A stretch of DNA of 64,000 nt, taken from the NCBI GenBank assembly GCA_963785235.1, contig CAWAUM010000005.1:160001-224000 (forward strand), given 5' to 3'. Positions within the stretch are counted from its first letter, which is position 1. Each line of letters starts with the position of its first letter. The DNA comes from an uncultured delta proteobacterium (GTDB taxonomy: Bacteria > Desulfobacterota > Desulfomonilia > UBA1062). Under the pieces are notes generated by a model, which had not been told where the DNA came from, ran no database searches, and saw only the letters and a program-made list of their open reading frames with translations. The position numbers were made by a program, and so were the translations under genes. Positions 43,030 through 52,856 of this stretch are shown piece after piece.

Positions 43030-44031
43030 ATGCCGGCAGGTTTAAAAGTAGCCATAGTGGAGCCCACCGAACTGGTAGGTGCCGAGATAACTAAGATCCT
43101 GGAAGACCGTAGTTTTCCCGTTGCAGAGTTGATCCTGCTTGGGGGAAGCCGCTCAGCCGGGGAGAGGGTTGAATTCCAGGGCACCGAAATTCCGGTTAAG
43201 ATGCTGGACAGCCTCTCATTCACTGGCGTGGATCTGGCTTTTTTTGCGTGCGGTAAGGCAGTATCCATGGAATATGTCGCAAGGGCAAAGGCCGCAGGTT
43301 CTCTTATTATAGACCTCAGCTCCTGTTTTTCCCTTGCCGATTCAGTACCGCTCGTTGTGCCTGAGATAAACGCATCCGCACTGAAACTGCACCAGGGCAT
43401 CGTTGCATGCCCCAGGGCGTCCACCATACAGTTGGTCCTGGCGCTGGGACCCATCCACAAGGCAGCCAGGATAAAGAGAGTCATTGTCTCGACCTATCAG
43501 GCCGTGTCTGACAACGGAGGCAGGGCCTTGGATGAACTTACTTCACAGATAAGGGATCTTTTCAGCTTCCGCGAGATAAGCAGCAAGATCTACCCTCAGC
43601 AGATTGCCTTTAATGCCCTGCCCCAGGTGAGGCCATTTGCGAAAGGCGGCTATACCGAAGAGGAAATGACCATCTGTTCGGAGACACAAAAAATCCTGGG
43701 TGACAAGAACTTGCGTATATCTGCCACCAGTGTGTATGTGCCGGTATTCTTCTCCAACGCCGAATCCATCCTCATTGAGACGGCGAAAAAGATCACACCC
43801 GAAGAGGTCAGGGAGATATTGGAAAAGGCCCCGGGCGTGGGGGTTGAGGACGACCCCGGCGCCAACCTGTATCCCACCCCCATCCACGCATCCGGAACAG
43901 ACGAGTGCCTGGTGGGCAGGATCAGGCAGGACCTTTCCTCGGACAACGGTATAGTGCTGTGGAGCGTGTGCGACAATATCCGTAAAGGCGCTGCCCTCAA
44001 TGCAGTCCAGATCGCAGAACTGCTTATATAA
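43030..44031 (+). CDS. Aspartate-semialdehyde dehydrogenase-like protein with degenerate active site (Usg-like)
   Basis: Asd fold (VPLVVPEIN, STYQAVS, IAFNALP, DNIRKGAALNAVQIAE), but catalytic motifs are altered. Confidence 0.8.
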   Translation: MPAGLKVAIVEPTELVGAEITKILEDRSFPVAELILLGGSRSAGERVEFQGTEIPVKMLDSLSFTGVDLAFFACGKAVSMEYVARAKAAGSLIIDLSSCFSLADSVPLVVPEINASALKLHQGIVACPRASTIQLVLALGPIHKAARIKRVIVSTYQAVSDNGGRALDELTSQIRDLFSFREISSKIYPQQIAFNALPQVRPFAKGGYTEEEMTICSETQKILGDKNLRISATSVYVPVFFSNAESILIETAKKITPEEVREILEKAPGVGVEDDPGANLYPTPIHASGTDECLVGRIRQDLSSDNGIVLWSVCDNIRKGAALNAVQIAELLI

Positions 44032-44070
44032 GTATCCTCATGATCATATAAAGGCAATGGTGATCATGCC

Positions 44071-44844
44071 ATGAGAATGACGCTGGGACAATATCTGCCG
44101 CGAGATTCCTTTGTGCACAAGGTTGACCCCCGGGTTAAACTCTTTCTCATGGGCTTAGGTATAGGGATTACCTTCAAGCTGGAAGGGTTGCTTTCCCTGG
44201 CAGCACTTGTGCTGACCTGCATTGCATTCACCTTTTTTTCCAAAATATCATTGAAGAGTATCATGTCAGGACTGGCGCCGTTTCTGTGGCTCTTTCTTTT
44301 CACTGCAATCCTCCATATGTTCATGACACCAGGCGACCCTTTCCTTATCCCGTACACCACAAAGCAGGGGATCATGGGCGGCGGGCGCGTTGCCCTGCAA
44401 CTTATGCTCGCCATCTGGATTTCAACACTCACCACGCTCACCACATCCCCCCTGGATACGGTTTGGGCCCTTGAGTGGTACATGAAACCACTCAAATATA
44501 TGAACGTTCCCACTGATGAGATTGCCTTGGTGGTCATGCTTGCCATACGTTTCATTCCGCTGCTCTTTGAAGAAACCGACCGGATTATCAAGGCCCAGAA
44601 GGCCCGTGGCGTTGATCTGGAATCGTCCGGGTTCGTTCGCAAGGTGAAGTCCCTTGTTCCAGTGCTTGTTCCATTACTGCACAGTGTATTCAGGAGGGCG
44701 GACGATCTGGCGGTTGCCTTGACCCTTAGGGGCTACTCGCCCGGTATCACGAGGACCCGGATGAAGGAGATGGCCATGCATCGGGCAGATGTTATGGCCT
44801 TGGGTGGTGTGAGTTGCTGGTTTGTGGGGCTGCTTGTTCTCTAA
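44071..44844 (+). CDS. ecfT: Energy-coupling factor transporter T component
   Basis: VHKVDPRVK, AIRFIP, AQKARG and LRGY motifs. Confidence 0.88.
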   Translation: MRMTLGQYLPRDSFVHKVDPRVKLFLMGLGIGITFKLEGLLSLAALVLTCIAFTFFSKISLKSIMSGLAPFLWLFLFTAILHMFMTPGDPFLIPYTTKQGIMGGGRVALQLMLAIWISTLTTLTTSPLDTVWALEWYMKPLKYMNVPTDEIALVVMLAIRFIPLLFEETDRIIKAQKARGVDLESSGFVRKVKSLVPVLVPLLHSVFRRADDLAVALTLRGYSPGITRTRMKEMAMHRADVMALGGVSCWFVGLLVL

Positions 44845-44953
44845 GTATGAAGCACATGCCGGAATCATTTGTCATAACGCACAAATTTTTGTATAAAGGT
44901 TAATAGCTCGTTGCTTACTGGTGCCCGGCACCGATGAATAGCATGACATAAGA

Positions 44954-45415
44954 ATGGAGGCAGTAATGTCTGACGGACTTGATTTGATGATTGTTGACGA
45001 TGAACAGCATGTATGCGAGGTGCTCTCAGAGACCATAAAGAAGTTTTACACCTGGGGTGATGTCTTAATATTCAATGATTATGAAACTGCTGTATCCTAT
45101 TGTCTTGCCAGAGATAAAGGATTGATGATCTTTATCCTTGACGTGTTTGTGGGGGAAAGTAATGGCTTTGCCTTTCTGGATGCAATTGCAGAGAAATATC
45201 CCAATGCAAACTATGACACTGTGATGATTTCCGGCATGGCCAGTGAAGATGTGGTGGACATGTGCATTGCATCCGGGGTGAATCACCTCCTGGAAAAGCC
45301 TATAAAGAATTATGCCTTGCAGCTTGCCATAAGGTCTATTGTCATGAAGTATGTAAAATTTGCCAAGAAGATCCTGACTGATACGGAGTTTGCAGAGATC
45401 ATAGACCGTATTTGA
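44954..45415 (+). CDS. Single-domain response regulator (receiver)
   Basis: IVDDE, ILDV, ISG, EKP. Confidence 0.85.
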   Translation: MEAVMSDGLDLMIVDDEQHVCEVLSETIKKFYTWGDVLIFNDYETAVSYCLARDKGLMIFILDVFVGESNGFAFLDAIAEKYPNANYDTVMISGMASEDVVDMCIASGVNHLLEKPIKNYALQLAIRSIVMKYVKFAKKILTDTEFAEIIDRI

Positions 45416-45447
45416 TAAGGAAGGTAGTCAATAAGAGCGCCCTAAAT

Positions 45448-46254
45448 ATGGATATATCAACCAACCTTATTATCGCTATTGCGGTCTTTGCCGGCATCCT
45501 GCTTGTACTATGGTTCTTTTCACGAAGGGCTCTTGGTAGCGATGCAGATAGGATAGAGAGTATACGTGCAGACGCCCAAAGGGGCGATGTATATTCCCAA
45601 TTCAGGCTGGGCCAGATTTATTATGAAGGCAAAACCATAAGCAGAGATGATGCCGAGGCTGCAAAGTGGTTTCTCAAGGCCGCAGCACAGGAACATTCCG
45701 AGGCTCAGTATATCCTGGCATCTATGTATGAAAAGGGTGTGGGCCTCAAACAAAGCGATTCTGAGGCATTCGGCTGGTATATTTCCGCTGCAACCCAGGG
45801 GCATGAAAGGGCATCTGTCATTCTGGAGGCAGACAAGTGGACAGTCTTCAAGAAAAGCCACCTGGTCCGGGATGAGGTTAATCTTCCTAAGGCTATGGAA
45901 TCCCAGTTACAGCCGGAACACACAGAAGAGGTTAAGCCTTTAACCGGAGATGAACAGCTTCAGAAATATCTGGCCAAGGCACAGGCCGGGGATGTAGATG
46001 CCCAGTATAATATCGGCACCATGTACTACCATGGCGAAGGTGTTGAAAGGGATCTTGATCAGGCCCTGAAATGGTTCCATCTGGCTGCCGAGCAGAACGA
46101 TACAGCGGCCCAGTTTAACCTCGGCTTCATGTATGGTAAGGGCGAGGGAACTCCAAAAAATCACAGGGCGTCTATGGAATGGTTTAAGAAGGCAGCATCC
46201 CAGGGACATTCAGGAGCCCATGAGATCCTGGAAAAGATGTTCAGAAAGACTTAA
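45448..46254 (+). CDS. Membrane-anchored Sel1-repeat protein
   Basis: N-terminal TM segment; repeated AQYNIG.MY..GEGV..D...A..WF..AA.Q. Confidence 0.9.
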   Translation: MDISTNLIIAIAVFAGILLVLWFFSRRALGSDADRIESIRADAQRGDVYSQFRLGQIYYEGKTISRDDAEAAKWFLKAAAQEHSEAQYILASMYEKGVGLKQSDSEAFGWYISAATQGHERASVILEADKWTVFKKSHLVRDEVNLPKAMESQLQPEHTEEVKPLTGDEQLQKYLAKAQAGDVDAQYNIGTMYYHGEGVERDLDQALKWFHLAAEQNDTAAQFNLGFMYGKGEGTPKNHRASMEWFKKAASQGHSGAHEILEKMFRKT

Positions 46255-46331
46255 GTTACATGAGCCCTTTGTCTATCAAAGAAAAATGAGGGAACCACCC
46301 TTATAACTGCACAATGGTATCTGATTAAAGG

Positions 46332-47078
46332 ATGAGTGTGTCTGAAAATAAAAAACGATTTTATACCGTGGTAAGGGGCAGGGTGCCTGGGATATATACC
46401 AGCTGGTTCGGACCGTCAGGAGCAGAGGAGAAGATCAGGGGTTATGCCGGGGCCATATATCGCGGGTTTGCCACCATGGAGGAGGCCCAGAACTTTATGG
46501 CACACCCACAATCCTACCCGGTACGGAAACAAGGCGCATACAGTAATGGGCATACGGAAGAAGGCGACCAGGAAGACCATAAACGTCCAATCCACATATA
46601 CACGGACGGTGGGTGTATCGATAACCCCGGACCAGGCGGCTTCGGGGCGGTGATCATTGAAGGTGACAAACGAATTGAGATCTCCGGGGGATACCGGCTC
46701 ACCACGAACAACCGCATGGAACTCACAGCCTGTATCCAGGCTTTGCACAAGTTAAGGAAAGGCTCGACTGCAGTGATCTTCACGGATTCGCAGTATGTGG
46801 CAAATGCCATTCAGAAGGGGTGGGCTATGAAATGGCGCTCACGGAACTGGATGCGTGACAAGACCCATAAGGCCATCAACTCAGATCTGTGGGCAGAGCT
46901 GCTCAAACTCCTTGAAAAGCATGATGTGGTCTTCCGTTGGGTGCGAGGCCATGCCGGCAACCCGGAGAATGAACGGTGCGATGTGCTGGCCACAATGGCA
47001 GCAAAAGGGACCGAACTGGCCCCTGATACAGGATATGAGAGTGCTATGAATGAACTCAGAGAATCAAGACTGTTCTAA
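46332..47078 (+). CDS. rnhA: Ribonuclease HI with N-terminal hybrid-binding (viroplasmin-like) domain
   Basis: FYTVVRGRVPGIY..W; IYTDGGC.NPGPGG, TNNRMEL, TDSQY, WVRGHAG..ENERCD. Confidence 0.93.
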   Translation: MSVSENKKRFYTVVRGRVPGIYTSWFGPSGAEEKIRGYAGAIYRGFATMEEAQNFMAHPQSYPVRKQGAYSNGHTEEGDQEDHKRPIHIYTDGGCIDNPGPGGFGAVIIEGDKRIEISGGYRLTTNNRMELTACIQALHKLRKGSTAVIFTDSQYVANAIQKGWAMKWRSRNWMRDKTHKAINSDLWAELLKLLEKHDVVFRWVRGHAGNPENERCDVLATMAAKGTELAPDTGYESAMNELRESRLF

Positions 47079-47422
47079 ATTTTATTGCTGCTGATAAATT
47101 CAATCCACTTTTCATCATCAGAGGTGCTGGTAATGGTTATTGCGCCTTCACCCCTCTTGAGGTCGACCCAGGCAATAAGCCCATTGAGGGTCAAGGCCTC
47201 TACCGGGAGCATGACACGCAGAGGTGCGCCGGTAAAGTCTTTTTGTTGAACCATACTCATTGTTTTAAAGATCTGAGGCGAGATCAGGCGCATACCATGC
47301 TGGCTTATGTCCTGCGCGATGCCACGACCGTTGAGCAGCACGCCCATCTTGAGCAGCACCGTGATCTTGACCTTCTTCCGGTGCTCCACTCGCCGTTCTT
47401 GTGCAGCATCATCTGTGTCCAT
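47075..47422 (-). CDS. PilZ domain protein
   Basis: ERRVEHR (RxxxR) and DISQHG (DxSxxG). Confidence 0.8.
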   Translation of the reverse strand: MDTDDAAQERRVEHRKKVKITVLLKMGVLLNGRGIAQDISQHGMRLISPQIFKTMSMVQQKDFTGAPLRVMLPVEALTLNGLIAWVDLKRGEGAITITSTSDDEKWIEFISSNKI

Positions 47423-47602
47423 GGTACATTCCCTCTCGTGTAACCTTTCTCATATCATCACTATGAGATTGAAGATTATTATTTGATGTAATCTATACAA
47501 TACATTCAAATAAAAGTTAAGCAAGCAGAAGATCGGATTTTATGCCCTTGCATGAGTGATCAAGCCGATAATTCAGCCCCGGTATAAAGTATCTGCTCAT
47601 AA

Positions 47603-48079
47603 ATGACGAGAAGGGGTCTATGTCGGATAACAAAGGTAAGCACAAAAGATAAGCGTAAGCAGGAACGGCTGCCTTCCAGGCATCCTGCCCGGCTTAAAAT
47701 ATCCCTTTCGAGTCGGGATTCCGGTAAAATATTCCAGGGGATTCAGAGCGTGCTTGCCATGGCTGAAACAAAGAACATCAGTATAGGCGGAATGTCGCTC
47801 AAGATAGTTGGGTCACCCTTTGATGCCAAGAAGAGCCTCACCAGGGCTAATGCCGCACAGGTAGTTGGAAGACCCATAGAAGTAATCCTTGAAGAAGAGA
47901 ACATCATTATCTGGGGTGATGTCATCCGGACCGAGGCTGATACACTTGATCTTGCCATTGTGATTTACAAGGTGTCCGATGTGCAGGAGTGGAAGAAGCT
48001 CTGCAGCGAAAAGGCGCAGGGAATCAGCATTTTCCCTGACTCTCTGGCAGTGAGGCGCAAGAGAAGAAGCGATAAATAG
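47603..48079 (+). CDS. PilZ domain protein
   Basis: KRKQER (RxxxR) and NISIGG (NxSxxG). Start uncertain. Confidence 0.75.
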   Translation: MTRRGLCRITKVSTKDKRKQERLPSRHPARLKISLSSRDSGKIFQGIQSVLAMAETKNISIGGMSLKIVGSPFDAKKSLTRANAAQVVGRPIEVILEEENIIIWGDVIRTEADTLDLAIVIYKVSDVQEWKKLCSEKAQGISIFPDSLAVRRKRRSDK

Positions 48080-48198
48080 TCAACAAAAGCGTCCATACAT
48101 GGCAAAGCGCTTGTATAATACGACTTCGCATAACTTCTCGATTATCTCATAAACAAGTTATTATTCTTCGTAAACGCAAAATCTTAGGATAGTTCACA

Positions 48199-49287
48199 TC
48201 ACCCAAACGGCAGCAACATCTGGGTATACCTGAGTGCTCCTTGATTAGAGTCTGGAAAATGTGAAACGCTCACACCCAGGAGGCGTACCTTTTTAATCCC
48301 TGCATCCGTGTCACGTAATAATACGATTGACTGCCGTGCAATGGTATCTGCATCATCAACATATCCCGATAGGGTGATGCTCCTGGTTATGGACTGGAAG
48401 TCGAAATACTTCAGCTTCAGGGTTACGGTGCGGCCTGCAATGCAATCCCGCCTCAGGATGCGCGATACGTTCTGGGAGAGCTGTGCAAGGATGGCAGCCA
48501 TACGGGTCAGGTCGTCGATATCTTCAGTCAGGGTGATCTCCTTGCCCACGGATTTTCTCTCACGCTCCGGCATAACAGGCCTCGGGTCATATCCGCGGGC
48601 TATTCCAAAGAAGAACGATCCGGTCTTTCCAAACCAGCGAAGCAGGTCATCAAGTTGTTTTTCCATAAGGTCGGCACCGGTCCTTATGCCGAACGAGAGC
48701 ATCTTCTGCTCTGTAACCTTTCCCACCCCGTAGAACTTCCTGATAGGCAGGTTTGCGATAAAGGAAAGCGCCTTTCCGGGTGGGATGACCGTGAGGCCGT
48801 CAGGTTTTTTGAAATCGGAGGCCGCCTTGGCGAGGAACTTGTTGTAAGAAACCCCTGCCGATGCCGTCAGTGCGAGCGAGTCACGAATCCTTAACCTGAT
48901 CTCACGGGCGATATCCGTGGCAATGGTAATGTGCCTCTTGTTAACGGACACATCGAGAAAGGCCTCATCCAGTGACAAAGGCTCCACACAGTCGGTGTAG
49001 TGGAAGAAGATCTCCATTATCGCATCGGATGCCGCCTGGTATTCGCTGAACCGCGGGGGGAGAAATACGGCATGGGGGCAGAGTCTTATTGCTTTTGCCG
49101 ACGACATGGCCGAGTGGATGCCGTATTTGCGTGCCTCATACGAGCAGGCAGCAACGACGCCCCTGTGTTCAGGCGTTCCACCTACTATCACGGGCTTACC
49201 CTTCAGAGAGGGGTTGTCCCTCTGTTCCACCGATGCATAAAAGGCATCCATATCAATATGGATAATCTTGCGGGTGTCATCCACCAT
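48199..49287 (-). CDS. dinB: DNA polymerase IV
   Basis: HIDMDAFYASVE, SYEAR, SLDEAFLD. Confidence 0.96.
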   Translation of the reverse strand: MVDDTRKIIHIDMDAFYASVEQRDNPSLKGKPVIVGGTPEHRGVVAACSYEARKYGIHSAMSSAKAIRLCPHAVFLPPRFSEYQAASDAIMEIFFHYTDCVEPLSLDEAFLDVSVNKRHITIATDIAREIRLRIRDSLALTASAGVSYNKFLAKAASDFKKPDGLTVIPPGKALSFIANLPIRKFYGVGKVTEQKMLSFGIRTGADLMEKQLDDLLRWFGKTGSFFFGIARGYDPRPVMPERERKSVGKEITLTEDIDDLTRMAAILAQLSQNVSRILRRDCIAGRTVTLKLKYFDFQSITRSITLSGYVDDADTIARQSIVLLRDTDAGIKKVRLLGVSVSHFPDSNQGALRYTQMLLPFG

Positions 49288-49290
49288 AGT

Positions 49291-50151
49291 TTAGAGGTTG
49301 CCAAAAAACTCTCTGATTATCTCCAGCGACTCTTTGGGTTTCTCCTGGGGGATGAGGTGGCCCGCGACATTTACCATGCGGTAGGTTCCCTGTTTGAATA
49401 GGGAGGTTGCCTTCTTCAGGTCGATAAAGGCCCGGTTTTCGCTCTCTTGACCTTCCAGGACCAGGGTAGGGCAGGTCACCTTTGGCAATAGCGGCCAGGG
49501 ATCATACTGCATGCCGCCCATGAATAACGATGCCTCCCTGAAAGGCGAGCAAGCGAGCGTCAGTCCGCCTGCATCGAGTCTCTTCATGCCGTATTCAATA
49601 TAAAGGTCGAGCATCTCTTCATCCCAGTTCTTGAACATGGCCTTTGACTTCAGATATGCATGCACCTCGTCACGATTGCCCCAGGTATCTTTTCTTTTTA
49701 TGGCCTTGGAGGCCAGCGGGTGAAGATCAACGGTTATCCGGGCCTTATAGAAATCTTCGGGCAGGAATATGGGCTCGAAAAGGATGAGGCCCCTTGCCTC
49801 CAGACCAAAGGCCGCAGTGGCAATAGTTATTACCGTGGCGCCCATGGAGTGACCCGCCATGGCAGGCTTGTCAAGATCAAGGGCCTTGCAGAACTTTGTC
49901 AGGTCCTGTGCAATGGTCAGCCAGTTCAATCCCCCCTTGTCAGGGTCCGACTCCCGGTGGTCGCAGAAATAAGGCGCAATCACACGCCATCTGGGTGCGA
50001 GTTCCCTGGCTATGGGGTGCCACAGCCAGGGAAGAAAACCGGTGGCGTGCAAGAGTACAATGGTTGGCCCATCACCCTCGTAGAGGAGATAGGAAAGGTC
50101 TACATCTCCGATATCCTCTTTCAGCACCTGGGGCATGCGGTTATGAATCAT
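49291..50151 (-). CDS. Alpha/beta hydrolase
   Basis: LHATGF, GHSMG, AGHLIPQE. Confidence 0.88.
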   Translation of the reverse strand: MIHNRMPQVLKEDIGDVDLSYLLYEGDGPTIVLLHATGFLPWLWHPIARELAPRWRVIAPYFCDHRESDPDKGGLNWLTIAQDLTKFCKALDLDKPAMAGHSMGATVITIATAAFGLEARGLILFEPIFLPEDFYKARITVDLHPLASKAIKRKDTWGNRDEVHAYLKSKAMFKNWDEEMLDLYIEYGMKRLDAGGLTLACSPFREASLFMGGMQYDPWPLLPKVTCPTLVLEGQESENRAFIDLKKATSLFKQGTYRMVNVAGHLIPQEKPKESLEIIREFFGNL

Positions 50152-50318
50152 GTTGAGGGTCTCCTTGATAAGAGAAATTGTCTTACCATGTCAGTATGTA
50201 TTAAAAGCAGGGTCATATTCAAGGCGAAAGAGGGACTCAGAAATGAATGGAAAAACATTGGGGTTTAAAATTCATCTGAAATTAATATCGTATTGACAAG
50301 AATCGTATTACTATATAA

Positions 50319-50334
50319 TTAGTCAATCAACTAA
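50319..50334. promoter_or_regulatory. Candidate TetR operator, copy 1
   Basis: TTAGTCAATCAACTAA imperfect palindrome directly after a TTGACA...TATAAT pair. Confidence 0.6.
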
Positions 50335-50397
50335 TAATAAAATTTCCACTAATCCCTTAACTTTTATGTAGTGAATCGGGAAATGAAAGGAGATGCA

Positions 50398-50838
50398 ATG
50401 GATACAGTCATTTTGAGGCAAATGCTATCTCATGGGTTGACACGCTCAGGTGTTCTCCTGCTGTTGCTTGGTCTGCTCACCGGTCTTTTTGTCCCGAAGT
50501 TTAAAAACCCCAAGATGGGCTTATCGAGCCACGTTGAAGGAGTAATGGGTGGCATGATGCTTGTTATCCTGGGTTTTGTCTGGCCCAAATTATTGCTCAA
50601 ACCTGCAGCCCTGAAGGCTGCACATTGGCTTGCGGTTTACGGGGCGTATGCAAATTGGGCCAATCCTCTTATTGCAGCGGTATGGGATGCCGGCGGCTCC
50701 ATGATGCCAGGTGCTTCCAAGGGTAAGAAGGGCACACCGGTTCAGGAGATGATCATCAGCATCGTTGCAGTCAGCCTTGTGGCGGCATTACTCCCGGCAG
50801 TCATCCTTGTATTATGGGGGCTGCGAAGAGACGTCTAA
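50398..50838 (+). CDS. Four-TM membrane protein, styrene-oxide isomerase (StyC)-like family
   Basis: LLGLLTG..NPKMGLSSHVEGVMGG..WP.L; four hydrophobic segments; AAGGAG RBS. Confidence 0.55.
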   Translation: MDTVILRQMLSHGLTRSGVLLLLLGLLTGLFVPKFKNPKMGLSSHVEGVMGGMMLVILGFVWPKLLLKPAALKAAHWLAVYGAYANWANPLIAAVWDAGGSMMPGASKGKKGTPVQEMIISIVAVSLVAALLPAVILVLWGLRRDV

Positions 50839-50847
50839 ACTATGTGT

Positions 50848-51438
50848 CTAGATGATATCGAGAACCCTGTATTGGAATCCTTTGAGCACTTCCCTGATAT
50901 CCATCGAACCCGGTTCGAATATGGTGGAAAAGAGCGCCATACCCTCCCAGAATGCCACCATGGCAATGCTCACCTGCAGGGCAAACTGTTTGTCGTCCAT
51001 ATGCCTGCTCAGGTTTGCCACTAGTTCATCGATCCACCGCATATACGCCTCACGCAGTTTGGCCCTTACAGCATCATGGTATAATGCGATTTCCCAGATC
51101 TCCACGAATATCCGTGAAAGACCCTTGTTGAGGGTAATACGGTCGTTGATAAAGATAAAAATTTCCTCCATCAACTCCCTTTTTCCCAACCGGACCACGT
51201 CTTTGGATTTGAGCAATTCATTTACCTGAGCCCGGTAATCATCTATGACATAGTCGATGTAGTTGAGCAGGATGTCCTCTTTGCTGCTGAAATAGTAATG
51301 CAAGACCCCATGGTTCACCCCGGCGACACGGGCTATATCCTTGATGGAGGTCTTCTCGAAGGATTTTTCCTGCAGACAGGTGTCAAGGGCCTTGAGAATC
51401 TGTAACCTTCGTTCTTCCTGTATACTTTTACGAGCCAC
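50848..51438 (-). CDS. TetR/BetI-type transcriptional regulator
   Basis: TSIKDIARVAGVNHGVLHYYFSSKEDIL. Confidence 0.93.
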   Translation of the reverse strand: MARKSIQEERRLQILKALDTCLQEKSFEKTSIKDIARVAGVNHGVLHYYFSSKEDILLNYIDYVIDDYRAQVNELLKSKDVVRLGKRELMEEIFIFINDRITLNKGLSRIFVEIWEIALYHDAVRAKLREAYMRWIDELVANLSRHMDDKQFALQVSIAMVAFWEGMALFSTIFEPGSMDIREVLKGFQYRVLDII

Positions 51439-51608
51439 GTATTATGCCCCTTTTATGGTCTTTATCAGAGTGTGGACGAGGGGGATCAGACCCCCTTGTC
51501 CACCTGCACTACATACTCATTATTCAAGGTTACATTCAACCATGGATTAAGTATTCCAAGCTCACCTCTCCCAGGTTTCAGGGGAGCCTTTCCAGATATC
51601 CATGTATA

Positions 51609-52856
51609 TTACGCAATAGCAGTAAGTGCCATGGAGGTTTTAGCCACGATCTCCTTGAGTTCTGATTCGGTGACGAGAAGGCTTGGCCTGATCAGTACAG
51701 TCGATGTATCGACCTTTCCTGTGTCCACCAGCAGTCCGTTCTCTTTTGCCTTGGTACAGAACGAACCGGCAGTTTGGGGAGATGAAAACTTCAGCGACAC
51801 GAGCAGACCCATTCCTGCAATGGAGACAAGCTTACCCTTGTCCATCATAACATGGGCCGTCAGATCACCCATGAGTTTTTCGCCGAGCTTCGATGCATTG
51901 TTCCATGGCTCCAGACGGTCATATTCGTCCAGAGAGGTGATTGCCACCATGCATCCCAGGTCATGCCCGCCGAAGGTGCACAGGTGGATGAGGGGGTGGA
52001 TATCGAAGAAGCCCTTGAGCTCCGGTGTGAAGACCATGGCGGTCATGGGGAAGATACCGCTCGTGATGGCCTCTCCAATGATCAAAATGTCCGGGGCAAC
52101 GCCGATGTGCTCGAAGAAGAATCTCTTGCCTGTTCTGCCGAATCCACTTTGTGTCTCATCAAAGATGAGTTTCGCCCCGGTTGCATCACACAATGAGCGC
52201 ACCTGTGTGTAATAGAGGCCATCAGCTCTGCGACAGTTGTTTTCCACCTGGATCGGTTCCATAATGACCGCTGCGGTCCGTGCCCCGATGGCCTTTCTGG
52301 CAGCCTCGATATCGCCGAACGGGATAACCTTTACTGACTGGATGAGTTTTCCGAACTGTTCTTTTCCGGCCCTTTGAGAAAGTGAGAGGGCAAAGCCCGA
52401 CTCACCATAACAACCACCATCCACGGTGATGAGCTCGGGTCTTGCGGTAAATCCTCGGGCGAGCTTGCATGCGGCTTCCATGGATTCACCACGGGTGACA
52501 CCGAACAGTACACAGTCAAGGCTGCCCGGCATGAACTCGGCAATCCTCCTGGCGAGCAGCGCCTTTTCCTGGGAGGGCATGACAAAATTGCCCTGGTCCG
52601 TTTCATAGATGGCCTTCTTGAACCGCTGGATGATAGCCTGGTTTTTCCTGCCAAGGTTAAATGTCCCGCCCGAGGTGTAGCAATCGAGGTAGCGGTTTCC
52701 CTCAGAGTCAATTAGAAATGAACCATCCCCCTCCTGCTCAAGGAAGTCATGTCCCTTGTCTCGGATCATCTTTACATAACTTTTGGAAAAGACTTTTTCC
52801 GCTTCCTGGAAGATAGTGTCTTTGTTAACCTGTATGGTAGATTTTTTTTTCTTCAT
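51609..52856 (-). CDS. Class III aminotransferase homologue lacking the PLP-binding Lys
   Basis: DETQSGFGRTG..PDILIIGEAITSG (Glu at the Lys position). Confidence 0.85.
   Translation of the reverse strand: MKKKKSTIQVNKDTIFQEAEKVFSKSYVKMIRDKGHDFLEQEGDGSFLIDSEGNRYLDCYTSGGTFNLGRKNQAIIQRFKKAIYETDQGNFVMPSQEKALLARRIAEFMPGSLDCVLFGVTRGESMEAACKLARGFTARPELITVDGGCYGESGFALSLSQRAGKEQFGKLIQSVKVIPFGDIEAARKAIGARTAAVIMEPIQVENNCRRADGLYYTQVRSLCDATGAKLIFDETQSGFGRTGKRFFFEHIGVAPDILIIGEAITSGIFPMTAMVFTPELKGFFDIHPLIHLCTFGGHDLGCMVAITSLDEYDRLEPWNNASKLGEKLMGDLTAHVMMDKGKLVSIAGMGLLVSLKFSSPQTAGSFCTKAKENGLLVDTGKVDTSTVLIRPSLLVTESELKEIVAKTSMALTAIA

Noticed and set aside
47564-47571. GCCGATAA sigma28 -10 box upstream of the PilZ gene
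   Set aside because: No matching -35 element at the required spacing.
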